A stretch of DNA of 64,000 bases, taken from contig CANJVR010000001.1 in the NCBI GenBank assembly GCA_947478395.1, positions 736,001 through 800,000 of the forward strand, read 5' to 3'. The DNA is from Opitutia bacterium. Lineage in GTDB: Bacteria > Verrucomicrobiota > Verrucomicrobiia > Opitutales > Opitutaceae. Of the stretch, positions 42,897 to 52,791 are shown one piece after another (positions within the stretch are counted from its first letter, which is position 1; each line of letters opens with the position of its first letter). The notes under the pieces are model-generated. The model was not told the DNA's origin, ran no database searches, and saw only the letters and a program-made list of their open reading frames with translations. A program made the position numbers and the translations under genes.

Positions 42897-44243
42897 CTAC
42901 TCCGGTTCCGCCGTGCCTTCGACGACCCAGGCTTTCGCCTCGGGCACCTGCGCGAAAAAGGCGTGCAGCGCGGCACTGAGATGATCGGCATAGCGAAAAT
43001 GCGCGCCCATGCCGGTGCGCAATTCCGCTTCGTAGATAAATTTATCGGCATGCGTGCTGTGTTCGAACGGCGTCTGCGCTCCGAGCAGAAGCGAATAAAC
43101 GTACGCGGGCGAACCGCGCTCCATCAGCTCCCGCGTCAGCGCCAGCTGGTCAGCAAGCAAGGTCGCATGCGCCTCCGGCGAAATTTCCGGCGGCAAATAA
43201 AATCCCGCCTGAATCAGCGGTGTGTAACGATGACCGGTGCGATGGCGGTTGAGATCGCGGAGCTCGGCGAGCGCCATGTTATTCCAAGCAAAACTGACGC
43301 GCATCCGGCGCGTGGCCGTGCCTTGCTGCGCGTAGCGGTTGGCGCGGTGGTTGAGCGACTCGGCGATGGACTGCGTCTCGGCGAGAAACGGTGGTGTGGC
43401 GCGGTCAACATGAACCCAGACTTCGTCGGCGAGCGGAGCCGAGGCAAGGCGCGCGAGGCCGAGCGCGAGCGACGCCGCGAGTTCCTGACGCGCCTGGGCC
43501 TCGAAGGATTTTTCGGCCACGCTGTGGCGCGTGAGGCGGGGCGATTGTTTCACGAGTTCACCGCGAATGAGCGTTGCGGCGGCCCGAGCCTCCGGTTGCG
43601 GGAGGGAATCGAGATGCTTCACGGTCGTCGCCCACATGCGCGAAGTCTGGACGAGGCCGAGGTTGGTGCGCGTGGCGAACGGGATGAAGTAGCGCGCGCG
43701 ATCCAGCGCGTAGTTTTTCCGGAGCCGGGTGGCGACCGCCGGTTTAGCGTCAGGCGGGAGCCGGACGAGATCGGGTTGCGCGAGAGCGAGCGCATCGAGC
43801 CGGGAATATTCCGCGTTATAGGCGGCGAAGGAGCGCGCGATGATGTCGTTCCACCGCGACGCCAGATCATCCGGCACACCGAGTTCCGCGGCCGTGGGAA
43901 CATTCGAGGCGTCCATCGTGATGTAGCGCGTGGACGACTCCTGGCCGTCGGCCATCTGGGCGATTTCAAAAATTTTATAAGCGAGCCACATCGACACGCC
44001 GTCGAGAGCAATCGCAAGTCCGCCGGTGAGTCCGCCGATGGACGCGTGACCGTAGTCGACGAACTTCAAGATGCGGTCAATCGAGGCCTCGGGATTGGCC
44101 AGGTCGACCTTGGCCATAATGGCCGCGATGCCCTCATTGGAGCGGGAGTAGCGCGCGAGGACGGATGCCAGCAATTCGGGCGTAACTTTGGGCAGATCGG
44201 CGGCAGTCGGGGGCGGGACGAGGGCGAGACCAGTGACTTTCAT
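42897..44243 (-). CDS. thyX: FAD-dependent thymidylate synthase, long tandem-domain type
   Basis: ARYSRS, YGHASI, QESSTRY, LDRARYFIP, RDLNRHR, ELRT..GAHFRY; start placed at MKVTGL (448 aa). Confidence 0.8.
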   Translation of the reverse strand: MKVTGLALVPPPTAADLPKVTPELLASVLARYSRSNEGIAAIMAKVDLANPEASIDRILKFVDYGHASIGGLTGGLAIALDGVSMWLAYKIFEIAQMADGQESSTRYITMDASNVPTAAELGVPDDLASRWNDIIARSFAAYNAEYSRLDALALAQPDLVRLPPDAKPAVATRLRKNYALDRARYFIPFATRTNLGLVQTSRMWATTVKHLDSLPQPEARAAATLIRGELVKQSPRLTRHSVAEKSFEAQARQELAASLALGLARLASAPLADEVWVHVDRATPPFLAETQSIAESLNHRANRYAQQGTATRRMRVSFAWNNMALAELRDLNRHRTGHRYTPLIQAGFYLPPEISPEAHATLLADQLALTRELMERGSPAYVYSLLLGAQTPFEHSTHADKFIYEAELRTGMGAHFRYADHLSAALHAFFAQVPEAKAWVVEGTAEPE

Positions 44244-44580
44244 GCGGCGGAGGTGGCTACGAAGAGGCACGAAAAGTCGCGAAAAGGGAAAGGAGAAACG
44301 CTCCGTCGAAGCGGTCCCGGTGAAATCACCGTCACTGGAGTCCCCATTGCGGGCGCCGTTTTCGCGTTTTGTGAACGCAACACGTTCGCGCGCGGCATCA
44401 CGCTGGATGATCCGCTTTAAGCGGCCCCCGGAGCGAGGGCGTCCCGGGCGCCGGCGCGCTACGGTCGCGTTAAGCAAGGCCCCGTCGAAAATCGTCAAAC
44501 TCAAGCAAAACGCGCCGACCGCCAAGAAGGGCCGCACCCAGTTGGCGTTGGAAGCGACCAGCGTGGAGCCCTTGGAGAGC

Positions 44581-44724
44581 GTGAGGCGGATTCGACCATC
44601 ATCACCGGGACGCCGAAAATCGAAAACCACGGAGCCGGAGCGGATTCGTCCCGCCAAACATCGCACATCTGATGCGGGGTTGGAGCACCCTTCCACAGGG
44701 TGATTCCAGGGGTCGATCCGCCAC
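44581..44724. repeat. REP-like inverted pair in the nuoN-thyX spacer
   Basis: gtgaggcggattcgacc (44581-44597) ... ggtcgatccgccac (44711-44724). Confidence 0.55.
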
Positions 44725-44784
44725 AGCGTGCAATGCGACGCGACTCGCCCCGGGATGTTTTAAACGCGCAGGGTAGCGAACACC

Positions 44785-46296
44785 TCAGCGCAGCGTGAGC
44801 CACTGGCCGAACGGGCCTTGGTAGAAACCTAGAAACACCGTCGAAAGCGCGAGCACTCCAAGCGCAACGCCGCAGGCGAGGCCCACCGGCGTGCGCGTCG
44901 GATGAGCCGGAGCGTCGGGCGAAATAGCCCGGGTCTCGAAAAACGCCGCTTTGATCCAGCCGAAATAATAATAAACCGAAATCACCACGCCCGTGATGGC
45001 GACTGCGAGCAGCCCGTAAAGTCCGGCTTGGAACGCTGCGATGAATACAAAAAGTTTTCCCATGAATCCGACCAGCGGCGGAATGCCCGCCAACGATCCG
45101 AGGCCGATCGCGAGCACCAGCGCGAGAAATGGATTGTCCTTCGCGAGGCCGGCATAGTGCTCGAGCTCCTGATCGGCGTCGTCACTGCCTGCCATGTGCG
45201 TCATCACCCCAAACACGGCGAACGAAGCGAGCAGGTAAGCGAAGAGATAAAAAAAGATCGCGCCCACGGCCATGGGCGTCGTGGTGGCGGCGACGACCCC
45301 GAGGAGGAGAAATCCCGCGTGCGAAACGCCAGAGAGCCCGATGAGTCGTTTGACGTTATGCTGCGTGAGCGCGGCGAGATTGCCAAACAGCAGCGTCGTC
45401 GCCGCGAAAAACGTCAGCACCGGCACAATCAGCCAGCCATAGCTGGAGAAAACATATTGGGAGAGCGTAAGCAGCACGGCGAAGCCGGCGGTCTTCGAGG
45501 CCACGGCGAGAAACGCGGTGACCGGCGTGGGAGCACCCTGGTAAACGTCGGGAACCCAGATCTGAAAAGGAAACGCGCCGAGCTTGAAAGCGACACCCGA
45601 GAGCACGAGCACAATGCCGACGCCCGCGAGAAAGTTGTGCGGATTCGCCTCGAGGAACCGGGCCAGTTCGCCGTAGTGCATCGAGTTCGCGGAGTGTCCC
45701 GGGAGCGACGGATTGCCCGCCATGCCGTAGAGCAGCACGATACCGAAGAGCAGCAACGACGAGCTGAGAGCGCCCATGACCAGGTATTTCAAACCGGCCT
45801 CGAGCGTGAGGGCGTTCGTGCGGAAGTAGCTGACCAGAATGTAGAGTCCGATCGTCACCGTTTCGAGAGCGACGAAGAGCAGGACGAAATGATTAGCCTG
45901 AGCCAGCAGCATCATCGCGGCCGTGACGACCATCACGATATTGTAGAACTCAACGCGGGGCAGACCCTGCTTGGCGAGACTCACCCGACCAAGGAGACAC
46001 ACCAAAATCGACGAGAGCAGAAAAAACACGCGCATCACTTGGCCGGAATACGTGTGCCGAAGGAGACCGTTGAATGTTTCCGTACCCGCGTAGCCGGTTG
46101 AAAAATTAAGCAGCAGGGCAACCAGCACGGCAGCTTGCGTGACGATCGCGAAAGCCGGGATGACGTCGTGGTGTTTTTTCGGCAGCACGATCTCGAGCGC
46201 CAGGAGCGCAAGCGCGAGACAGCCGAGCAGCAACTCGGGGAAGATGGCGTTCCAGTCGTTGAGACCGGCGGCGACTTTGACAGCTTCGAGGGTCAT
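44785..46296 (-). CDS. nuoN: NADH-quinone oxidoreductase subunit N
   Basis: EAGLKY, FKLGAFPFQIWVPDVYQGAPTP, NVKR, SLAGIPP..GF.GK. Confidence 0.95.
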   Translation of the reverse strand: MTLEAVKVAAGLNDWNAIFPELLLGCLALALLALEIVLPKKHHDVIPAFAIVTQAAVLVALLLNFSTGYAGTETFNGLLRHTYSGQVMRVFFLLSSILVCLLGRVSLAKQGLPRVEFYNIVMVVTAAMMLLAQANHFVLLFVALETVTIGLYILVSYFRTNALTLEAGLKYLVMGALSSSLLLFGIVLLYGMAGNPSLPGHSANSMHYGELARFLEANPHNFLAGVGIVLVLSGVAFKLGAFPFQIWVPDVYQGAPTPVTAFLAVASKTAGFAVLLTLSQYVFSSYGWLIVPVLTFFAATTLLFGNLAALTQHNVKRLIGLSGVSHAGFLLLGVVAATTTPMAVGAIFFYLFAYLLASFAVFGVMTHMAGSDDADQELEHYAGLAKDNPFLALVLAIGLGSLAGIPPLVGFMGKLFVFIAAFQAGLYGLLAVAITGVVISVYYYFGWIKAAFFETRAISPDAPAHPTRTPVGLACGVALGVLALSTVFLGFYQGPFGQWLTLR

Positions 46297-46308
46297 GACA
46301 GAAGGATC

Positions 46309-46409
46309 GGAACGCTAATCCGCGCTAATTGTACGCTGATCGAAGGCGCCCGAAACACGGCGTGAAGGATGGAAAGATGAGCGTTCATTAGCGCGGACTA
46401 ACATTTCCC
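46309..46409. repeat. Periodic-arm hairpin element (CGCTAAT 10-mer), nuoM/nuoN junction
   Basis: Left ggaacgctaatccgcgctaattgtacgctgatc; reverse complement of right arm gggaaatgttagtccgcgctaatgaacgctcatc. Confidence 0.8.
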
Positions 46410-47917
46410 ACGATTGGTTTTGGCACGACGGGCGCGAGCGTGGCATCGAGCGCCGTGGAAAGGGACTTCGGCCAGAAACCGATGAAGAGGAGTGCAACGA
46501 GCAGCACGAGCGCTGGGAAGCGTTCGCTCCAGCGGATGTCGGCCGGCGGATGCTCAGCGGCCACCTTGGCAAACTCAGGCGTGACCGGGCCAAAGAAAAC
46601 GTTGGCCGCCGAGCGCAGACCATAAACCGCGGAAATGACCACGCCCGCCACGGCGAGAGCGGTAATGAGTGGCGAAAATTTCCACAGCGCGACGAAGATC
46701 GTGAGCTCACCCCAGAAGTTGGCAAAGCCCGGCAGACCAATGCTGGCGAAAGTGGCCGCAACAAAAAGCGCCGCGAGCACAGGGGCCTTTTGCGCCAGAC
46801 CGCCCATTTCATCCATGGCGAAGGTTTGCGTGCGGTGATAGATGCTCGTCGAAAGCAAAAAGAGCAGCGCGACCGACAGGCCGTGCGCCACCATCAGCAA
46901 CACCACGCCGCCAACACCGAGCGTCGTGCCCGCTGCGATCCCGAGGAACGCGTAGCCCATGTGCATGACCGAGCTATAACCGATCATCTGCTTCAGGTCG
47001 CGTTGCGCGATCGTAATGAAACCGATGACGAGGACATTGCCGATGACGGCGAGCCAAGCGAGCGTATGCGCCCACGGCTGAAGACCCAGCGGGAGCAGAG
47101 GAAGCGCGACTTGAATCAGACCGTAGAGGCCAAATTTTTTCAAGACACCGGCGTGCAACATCGCGGCGGAACTGGGTGCAGCACCGTAGCCGAGCGGCGC
47201 CCACGTGTGCAGCGGCCAGAGCGAAACCAGAATGCCGAAACCCAAGGTGAGCAGACCAAAGATATTTTTCTGGAGGAGCTGATCGAGCGGCACAGCGGCG
47301 AGTTTCAGGCGAAGTTCGATGAGATCGAAACTGCTGGCGCCACTCTTCACGTAGAGAGCGATCAGGCCGATCAACGAAATCATCGCGCCGGCGGTGAGAT
47401 AGATCGTCATCTTCATCGCTGCGTAGCTGCGGTCGCGGCCGCCCCAGATGCCAACCATGATGAAGGTCGGGATCAGCGCGAGTTCGTGGAAGAAATAGAA
47501 GAAGAAGACGTCAACGCTCGCGAACACGCCCATCAATCCCGCCTGCATCACCAACAGAAGCATCAGGTAAATCTTGAGGCGCTCCGCGTTGGATTGGATC
47601 GCGAAAAGACCGGCGGCAAAACCGACGATACCCGCGAGCACGAAGAGCGGGAGTGAAATACCATTGAGCCCAAGCTTCAGGCCAATGCCGAGGCCATCGA
47701 GACCCGTGGAATACTTCGTCAGAAACGCGTAGCCGGAAACCTGCGGAGCGGCCGCATAGTAATACCAGACATGCAAAGCCATAAGCAGCGGCGCCGCGAA
47801 GCCGACGTAGGCGAGCTTGATCGAGAAACGCTTCGGCAGGCCGAACGCAATCGCGAGCGCGACCGCGAGCGGCACGAAAATGGAAGCGAGAAGAGGATCG
47901 AAAGGCAGGTTGCTCAT
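46388..47917 (-). CDS. nuoM: NADH-quinone oxidoreductase subunit M
   Basis: FYFFHE, PLHTW, LKKFGLYG, DLKQMIGYSSVMHMG, LPGFANFWGE; start placed at MSNLPF. Confidence 0.95.
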   Translation of the reverse strand: MSNLPFDPLLASIFVPLAVALAIAFGLPKRFSIKLAYVGFAAPLLMALHVWYYYAAAPQVSGYAFLTKYSTGLDGLGIGLKLGLNGISLPLFVLAGIVGFAAGLFAIQSNAERLKIYLMLLLVMQAGLMGVFASVDVFFFYFFHELALIPTFIMVGIWGGRDRSYAAMKMTIYLTAGAMISLIGLIALYVKSGASSFDLIELRLKLAAVPLDQLLQKNIFGLLTLGFGILVSLWPLHTWAPLGYGAAPSSAAMLHAGVLKKFGLYGLIQVALPLLPLGLQPWAHTLAWLAVIGNVLVIGFITIAQRDLKQMIGYSSVMHMGYAFLGIAAGTTLGVGGVVLLMVAHGLSVALLFLLSTSIYHRTQTFAMDEMGGLAQKAPVLAALFVAATFASIGLPGFANFWGELTIFVALWKFSPLITALAVAGVVISAVYGLRSAANVFFGPVTPEFAKVAAEHPPADIRWSERFPALVLLVALLFIGFWPKSLSTALDATLAPVVPKPIVGNVSPR

Positions 47918-48080
47918 CGCAAAGTCGAGGCGGACGGAAGGGCCACTAAGAGACACCGAGATTGATTGATCGCTTCGGCCGAACTTGCCGACGCGCCAAA
48001 AGACGCAATGGAGACGTCACGGAAGAGCCGGAAAATTTTTGGCTTTTTGCGGCCAACGGGACTGGAAAGTTGGATCGTCA

Positions 48081-49940
48081 TCAGAATATGCCAGCCGCGT
48101 AGGCCCACAGGATAACGACGCCAAACAGGAACCAATAAACGTACACATTGAGCCGACCAACATGCAGGCCGCGCGCGCCCAAACCGAAAAGCCCGACGAC
48201 CGCGGCGAGTCCGCGCACGATCAGGCCGGCGAGGAAAATCTGCTCGATGAAGTTCAGAAAAAGCGCGAAGCGCTGCTGAATCTTCGCGACGTAATAATCG
48301 TAGACTTTGTCGAACGATAGCTGCAGCGCCGTGAGCGCGCCGAAGAGGCCGGGCGATTTCTGCTGGAGGGAATCGGTCGCGGCGGAAGCGTAGAACGCGA
48401 GGGCGCCGACTGCACCGAGCGTCATGACCAGAAGACTCGTGACGAGAATGACGGTGTGATCTGACCCGTGCGCTTCGGGGATCAGTTCAAACACCCCGTT
48501 GAAAACCTTCGGATAAATTCCCGTGTAACCACCGGCGACCGCGAGCGCCGCCAGGAGAACCAGCGGCGCGGTCATCGTGAGGCCGCCCTCGTGAGCATGC
48601 GACGCGCCTTCGGTGCGGGGCTCGCCAAGGAAGGTGATTTTCCAGAGGCGCACCATGTAGAACGCCGTGATAACCGCCGTGAGAGCAAGGACGGCGAAGA
48701 CCGCTTTATTGTTAGCGAAGGCCAGATAGAGGATCGCGTCCTTCGAGAAGAAGCCGGCGAGGAACGGGAAACCGATGATCGCGAGGACGCCGATGGTGAA
48801 CGTCGCGAACGTGAGCGGCATTTTCGATTTCAGGCCGCCCATATTGAAAATATCCTGCTCGTGGTGACAGCCGTGGATCACGGAACCGGAGCCGAGGAAC
48901 ATCAGAGCCTTGAAGAAAGCGTGGGTCGTCAGATGAAACATCGCGGCGCCGACGCCCGCGGCGAGGAGCAGCTTGTGCTCGCCGTGTTCGACCGCGAGGG
49001 AACCGAGCCCAAACGCCGCCACCATGTAACCGAGTTGGGATAGCGTGGAGTAAGCCAGGACTTTCTTGATGTCGCGCTGGACGATGGCGCAGAGCGCGGC
49101 GTACAACGCGGTCGCGGTACCGACCCACATAATCACGGTAAGCGCTTCCGGGACCATGAGGACGTTGATCCGGCACAGCATGTAGATGCCGGCGGCAACC
49201 ATCGTGGCGGCGTGGATCAGCGCGGACACCGGCGTCGGGCCTTCCATCGCGTCCGGCAGCCAGACTTGCAACGGCAGCTGCGCGGATTTGCCCACGGCGC
49301 CACAGAACAGCAGCAGTGGGATCAGCGAGCTGTAAACATTATGACCTGCGGCGAGCTTGGTGAGGTCCACCGTGCCGTTGGCCCAGTAGCACATCACAAT
49401 GCCGAGGAGAAAACCGAAGTCGCCCACGCGATTGGCGATGAAGGCTTTCTTGGAAGCGGCGGCGGGCGCGGCCTTCTCGTGCCAGTGATTGATCAACAGA
49501 TAGGAGCTGAAACCGACGAGCTCCCAAAAGATGAACATCATGAAAAGATTATCGGCGAAAACGATGCCGAGCATCGAAAACATGAAGATCGAAAGGCCGC
49601 CGAAATAGCGCGCGCGCGCCGGATCATCGTGCATGTAGCCGAGCGAGAAAACGTGCACGCAAAGCCCGACGATGCCGACGATGCAGAGCATCAGCGCCGC
49701 GAGATCGTCGAACTTGACCCCGATGGAGAGGGCAAAATCGCCGAAGCGAAGCCATTCCCACGAAGCAATGAAGCGTTCACCCTGCACCGCCAGAAGCAGG
49801 GCGATGGCGGCGATAGCGGCCGCAACGAAAGTCGACAAGGCCGCCGCCGCTCCACCGGCGCGGCGCAAGAAAATCGCGATGACCGCCGCGGAGATCAGCG
49901 GCAAAAGCAGAACAAGGATGGCGTGCTGGACGGGAGACAT
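48081..49940 (-). CDS. nuoL: NADH-quinone oxidoreductase subunit L
   Basis: NRVGD, KSAQLPLQVWLPDAMEGPTPVSALIHAATMV, THAFFKA. Confidence 0.97.
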   Translation of the reverse strand: MSPVQHAILVLLLPLISAAVIAIFLRRAGGAAAALSTFVAAAIAAIALLLAVQGERFIASWEWLRFGDFALSIGVKFDDLAALMLCIVGIVGLCVHVFSLGYMHDDPARARYFGGLSIFMFSMLGIVFADNLFMMFIFWELVGFSSYLLINHWHEKAAPAAASKKAFIANRVGDFGFLLGIVMCYWANGTVDLTKLAAGHNVYSSLIPLLLFCGAVGKSAQLPLQVWLPDAMEGPTPVSALIHAATMVAAGIYMLCRINVLMVPEALTVIMWVGTATALYAALCAIVQRDIKKVLAYSTLSQLGYMVAAFGLGSLAVEHGEHKLLLAAGVGAAMFHLTTHAFFKALMFLGSGSVIHGCHHEQDIFNMGGLKSKMPLTFATFTIGVLAIIGFPFLAGFFSKDAILYLAFANNKAVFAVLALTAVITAFYMVRLWKITFLGEPRTEGASHAHEGGLTMTAPLVLLAALAVAGGYTGIYPKVFNGVFELIPEAHGSDHTVILVTSLLVMTLGAVGALAFYASAATDSLQQKSPGLFGALTALQLSFDKVYDYYVAKIQQRFALFLNFIEQIFLAGLIVRGLAAVVGLFGLGARGLHVGRLNVYVYWFLFGVVILWAYAAGIF

Positions 49941-49946
49941 CTGAAA

Positions 49947-50042
49947 TTTTTGAACCGCTAATTGACGCTAGTTGACGCTAATTCGGCAAAGCGTCCCGGA
50001 CTGATTTCATGGGCGAGCATTAGCGTGGCTTAGCGGTTAAAA
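49947..50042. repeat. Periodic-arm hairpin element (CGCTAA 10-mer), nuoK/nuoL junction
   Basis: Left ttttgaaccgctaattgacgctagttgacgctaatt; reverse complement of right arm ttttaaccgctaagccacgctaat. Confidence 0.8.
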
Positions 50043-50057
50043 TGGTTTGGGATCGGA

Positions 50058-50366
50058 TCAGTTTTTCAACGCGTTGAGTTCGTCGACCTGCACCGTTTGC
50101 CGCTTGCGGAAAAGCGCGACGATGATGGCGAGGCCCACCGCGACTTCGGCGGCGGCTACCGTGAGGATGAAGAAGACGAAGACGTTGCCGTCCATCGTGC
50201 CGTTGTAGCGCGAGAACGCGACTAACCCGAGCGTGGCTGCGACGAGCATCAGCTCGAGGCACATGAACATCACGAGGGTGTTCTTGCGCAGCAGCACGCC
50301 GAGAAATCCGATTGCGAAAAGAATCGCGCTGAGAATCACGTAAGCGTTAAGCGAGGCGGCGATCAT
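50058..50366 (-). CDS. nuoK: NADH-quinone oxidoreductase subunit K
   Basis: [20 protein letters not shown]. Confidence 0.96.
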   Translation of the reverse strand: MIAASLNAYVILSAILFAIGFLGVLLRKNTLVMFMCLELMLVAATLGLVAFSRYNGTMDGNVFVFFILTVAAAEVAVGLAIIVALFRKRQTVQVDELNALKN

Positions 50367-50875
50367 TTAATGTCCTCCAGGCCTTCGAATTTTTTGCTGA
50401 GCACGATCACGCCGAGCATGGCAATCAGCAGGAGAAACCCGATGATCTGCACCGGCAGCAGATAGGTCGTGAAGAGCTGGTACGCGTAGGCTTTCAGATC
50501 AGCGCCGATCGCTGGACCGGTCACAACGATCTCCGGCACCTGGCCGTGCGCGCGAATTGAAAGCACGCCGACCGCGAGCAGAGCCGCCGCCGCGGTCGAC
50601 GCGATGATCGTCGTCCGCGTGAACGACACTTTAACGCCGCCCTGCATGTCGAGGAGCATGACGATGAAAAGGAACAGAGCGACGACCGCGCCCGCGTAAA
50701 CTAACAGGAGCACGAACGCCAGCAGGTAGGCCTCGAGCAGCACGAAGAGTCCGGCCACACCGACGAGGCAAAGCAAAAGGCACATCGCGGCGTTGACCGC
50801 GTTTTTGTTCAGCACCACGCCCACCGCACAAATCACGGTGAAGACAGCGAAGAGGTTGAAGAGGAGATCGGACAT
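50363..50875 (-). CDS. nuoJ: NADH-quinone oxidoreductase subunit J
   Basis: [17 protein letters not shown]; position in the operon. Confidence 0.94.
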   Translation of the reverse strand: MSDLLFNLFAVFTVICAVGVVLNKNAVNAAMCLLLCLVGVAGLFVLLEAYLLAFVLLLVYAGAVVALFLFIVMLLDMQGGVKVSFTRTTIIASTAAAALLAVGVLSIRAHGQVPEIVVTGPAIGADLKAYAYQLFTTYLLPVQIIGFLLLIAMLGVIVLSKKFEGLEDIK

Positions 50876-50889
50876 CGGATCGGAAATGA

Positions 50890-50984
50890 TTAGGCGCGAA
50901 GACGCGACGCGGACGAAGGGGTGCCAAGAAACAAGAGCAGCGCTTTGCGAACCTTGGTTTGGTCCTTGGCGTCTTTGCGCTTAA
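50890..50984. repeat. Periodic-arm hairpin element (CGCRAAG family), nuoI/nuoJ junction
   Basis: Left ttaggcgcgaagacgc...; right ...gcgtctttgcgcttaa. Confidence 0.7.
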
Positions 50985-51000
50985 GATTGGTCTTCATTTC

Positions 51001-51543
51001 TCAGTGCGCGTTGCCGTGCTCGGCGGCGGCTTTCTTTTTATCCCACTTGAAATGCTGGTCCGGCAGGGTGCCGCCGAGTTCGTAGAGACGGTCTTTGTGA
51101 TTCACCATCTCTTCGCGGGTGTAGCCCGTCATGGAGTATTGATTCTGCAGAAAGATCGCCTCCTCCGGACAAACTTCCTGGCAAAGTCCGCAGTAAATAC
51201 ACCGCAGCATGTCGATGTCGAAAGCCTGTGGACCTTTTTCAACGTGGGCGCGGTCCGGCTGGTCGGAGGGAATCTCGCCAGGAGTGATGCGAATGGCCTT
51301 CGGCGGGCAGACAAATTCGCAGAGCTGGCAGGAAACACATTTCTCGCGGCCGTGGGGATCCTTCACGAGCGTGGGCACACCACGGTAGTTGGCGGGAATG
51401 GCGGGACGTTCCTCCGGGTACGAGAGCGTCACGTTGGGCGCGAAGAGATGCTTGAGCGTAGTCTTCAGGCCGGCCGCGATCTGCGGGAGGTAGGTGCGCT
51501 CAGACCAGGAGAGCGGTTTGCGTTCGAGAGGGATGACGGCCAT
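51001..51543 (-). CDS. nuoI: NADH-quinone oxidoreductase subunit I
   Basis: CVSCQLCEFVCP and CIYCGLCQEVCP, two [4Fe-4S] motifs. Confidence 0.96.
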   Translation of the reverse strand: MAVIPLERKPLSWSERTYLPQIAAGLKTTLKHLFAPNVTLSYPEERPAIPANYRGVPTLVKDPHGREKCVSCQLCEFVCPPKAIRITPGEIPSDQPDRAHVEKGPQAFDIDMLRCIYCGLCQEVCPEEAIFLQNQYSMTGYTREEMVNHKDRLYELGGTLPDQHFKWDKKKAAAEHGNAH

Positions 51544-51629
51544 GGCGGGGACTAATTAACGGCGAAGAAGCGAAGAAGCGGAATTAAAACCGAAGCGCAT
51601 GACTTGAGTTCTTGGGTGCTTCGTAGTTT

Positions 51630-52778
51630 TCATTGCTGGATGATCGCGATGCCGATCGCGTAGGCAATGAGGTTGAAAATCGCGAGGGGCAGAAGCTTCT
51701 GCCAACCTAGCTTCATGACTTGGTCGTAGCGGAAACGCGGCACAGTCCAGCGGACCCACATAAAGAAAAAGAGCAGCACGATGACCTTGCCGAGGAAGAT
51801 CCCGATTGAGAGCAGACCCAACACGAGCGGCAGCGCCGTCAAGTGAAGCGCGCCCGCCATGGCCGCGAGGGAAACCCACGGCAGCGGATTCCAGCCACCG
51901 AGGAACAGCAGCGTGAAAATTGCCGAGCCCACGATCATGTGCGCGTATTCGGCCACAAAGAAGAGCGACCATTTAAAGGCGCCGTACTCGGTATGGAATC
52001 CGCCGACGAGATCGGCTTCCGACTCCGGCATGTCAAACGGCTGGCGGTTCGTCTCGGCAAACAGCGAGACCATGAAAATGAGCGCCGAAATCGGCATCAG
52101 GAAAATGAACCACGTTCCACCCCAAAGGCCCGGCTGGCTCTGGAATTCGACCACCCGCGCGAGGCTCATCGTGGCGGGCGTACCCGGCGCGTTTACCCAA
52201 AGAAAAACCGGCACGACGGAAAGCGTCATCGCGAGTTCATATGAAATGAGCTGCGCCGAGGCGCGCACGCCGCCGAGGAAAGGATACTTCGAGTTAGACG
52301 CCCAGCCCGCAAGAATCAGCGCGTAGACCCCGAGCGAGGAGACCGCAAATACCGCGAGCAATCCGATGTCGACGTTCGCCAGCGCCAGCGGAATGACCTG
52401 TCCTGCGCCATCGATGAAGGCGCCGAACGGCACGACCGTGACCGTGGTGAGGGCCGGAATCATCGCAATCAGCGGCGCGAGCAGAAAGTACAGTTTGTTC
52501 ACGTGTCCCGGGACCGGCTCTTCCTTGAACAGGAACTTCGCGCCATCGGCCATGAGGTGAAAGACGCCGAGCTTCTGGAGCACCGGACCAAGCACGGGCA
52601 CCCACGCGAACCAGAAGGGAATCGCGCGATTCGGACCCGGACGACCCTGGATCCACGCCGAGACTTTGCGCTCGGCGAGCGAGCACGCGCCGGCCAGCGG
52701 GAAGATCACCAAGATCACCGCGAGGCCCTTGATCAGGCCTTGCACGAGCAGCGGGAGGTTGAAGTAGAAATCGAACAT
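51630..52778 (-). CDS. nuoH: NADH-quinone oxidoreductase subunit H
   Basis: ERKVSAWIQGRPGPNR, ASNSKY, AQLISYE, AETNRQPFD, PRFRYDQ. Confidence 0.97.
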   Translation of the reverse strand: MFDFYFNLPLLVQGLIKGLAVILVIFPLAGACSLAERKVSAWIQGRPGPNRAIPFWFAWVPVLGPVLQKLGVFHLMADGAKFLFKEEPVPGHVNKLYFLLAPLIAMIPALTTVTVVPFGAFIDGAGQVIPLALANVDIGLLAVFAVSSLGVYALILAGWASNSKYPFLGGVRASAQLISYELAMTLSVVPVFLWVNAPGTPATMSLARVVEFQSQPGLWGGTWFIFLMPISALIFMVSLFAETNRQPFDMPESEADLVGGFHTEYGAFKWSLFFVAEYAHMIVGSAIFTLLFLGGWNPLPWVSLAAMAGALHLTALPLVLGLLSIGIFLGKVIVLLFFFMWVRWTVPRFRYDQVMKLGWQKLLPLAIFNLIAYAIGIAIIQQ

Positions 52779-52791
52779 GGCGTCGCGTCAG

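Noticed and set aside
44244..44696. 151-aa N-terminal extension of ThyX in the ORF track
   Set aside because: It crosses repeat-derived DNA (the FSRLFVPLRS stretch is the 10-mer array); an open frame is expected in GC-rich sequence; MKVTGL is the more plausible start.
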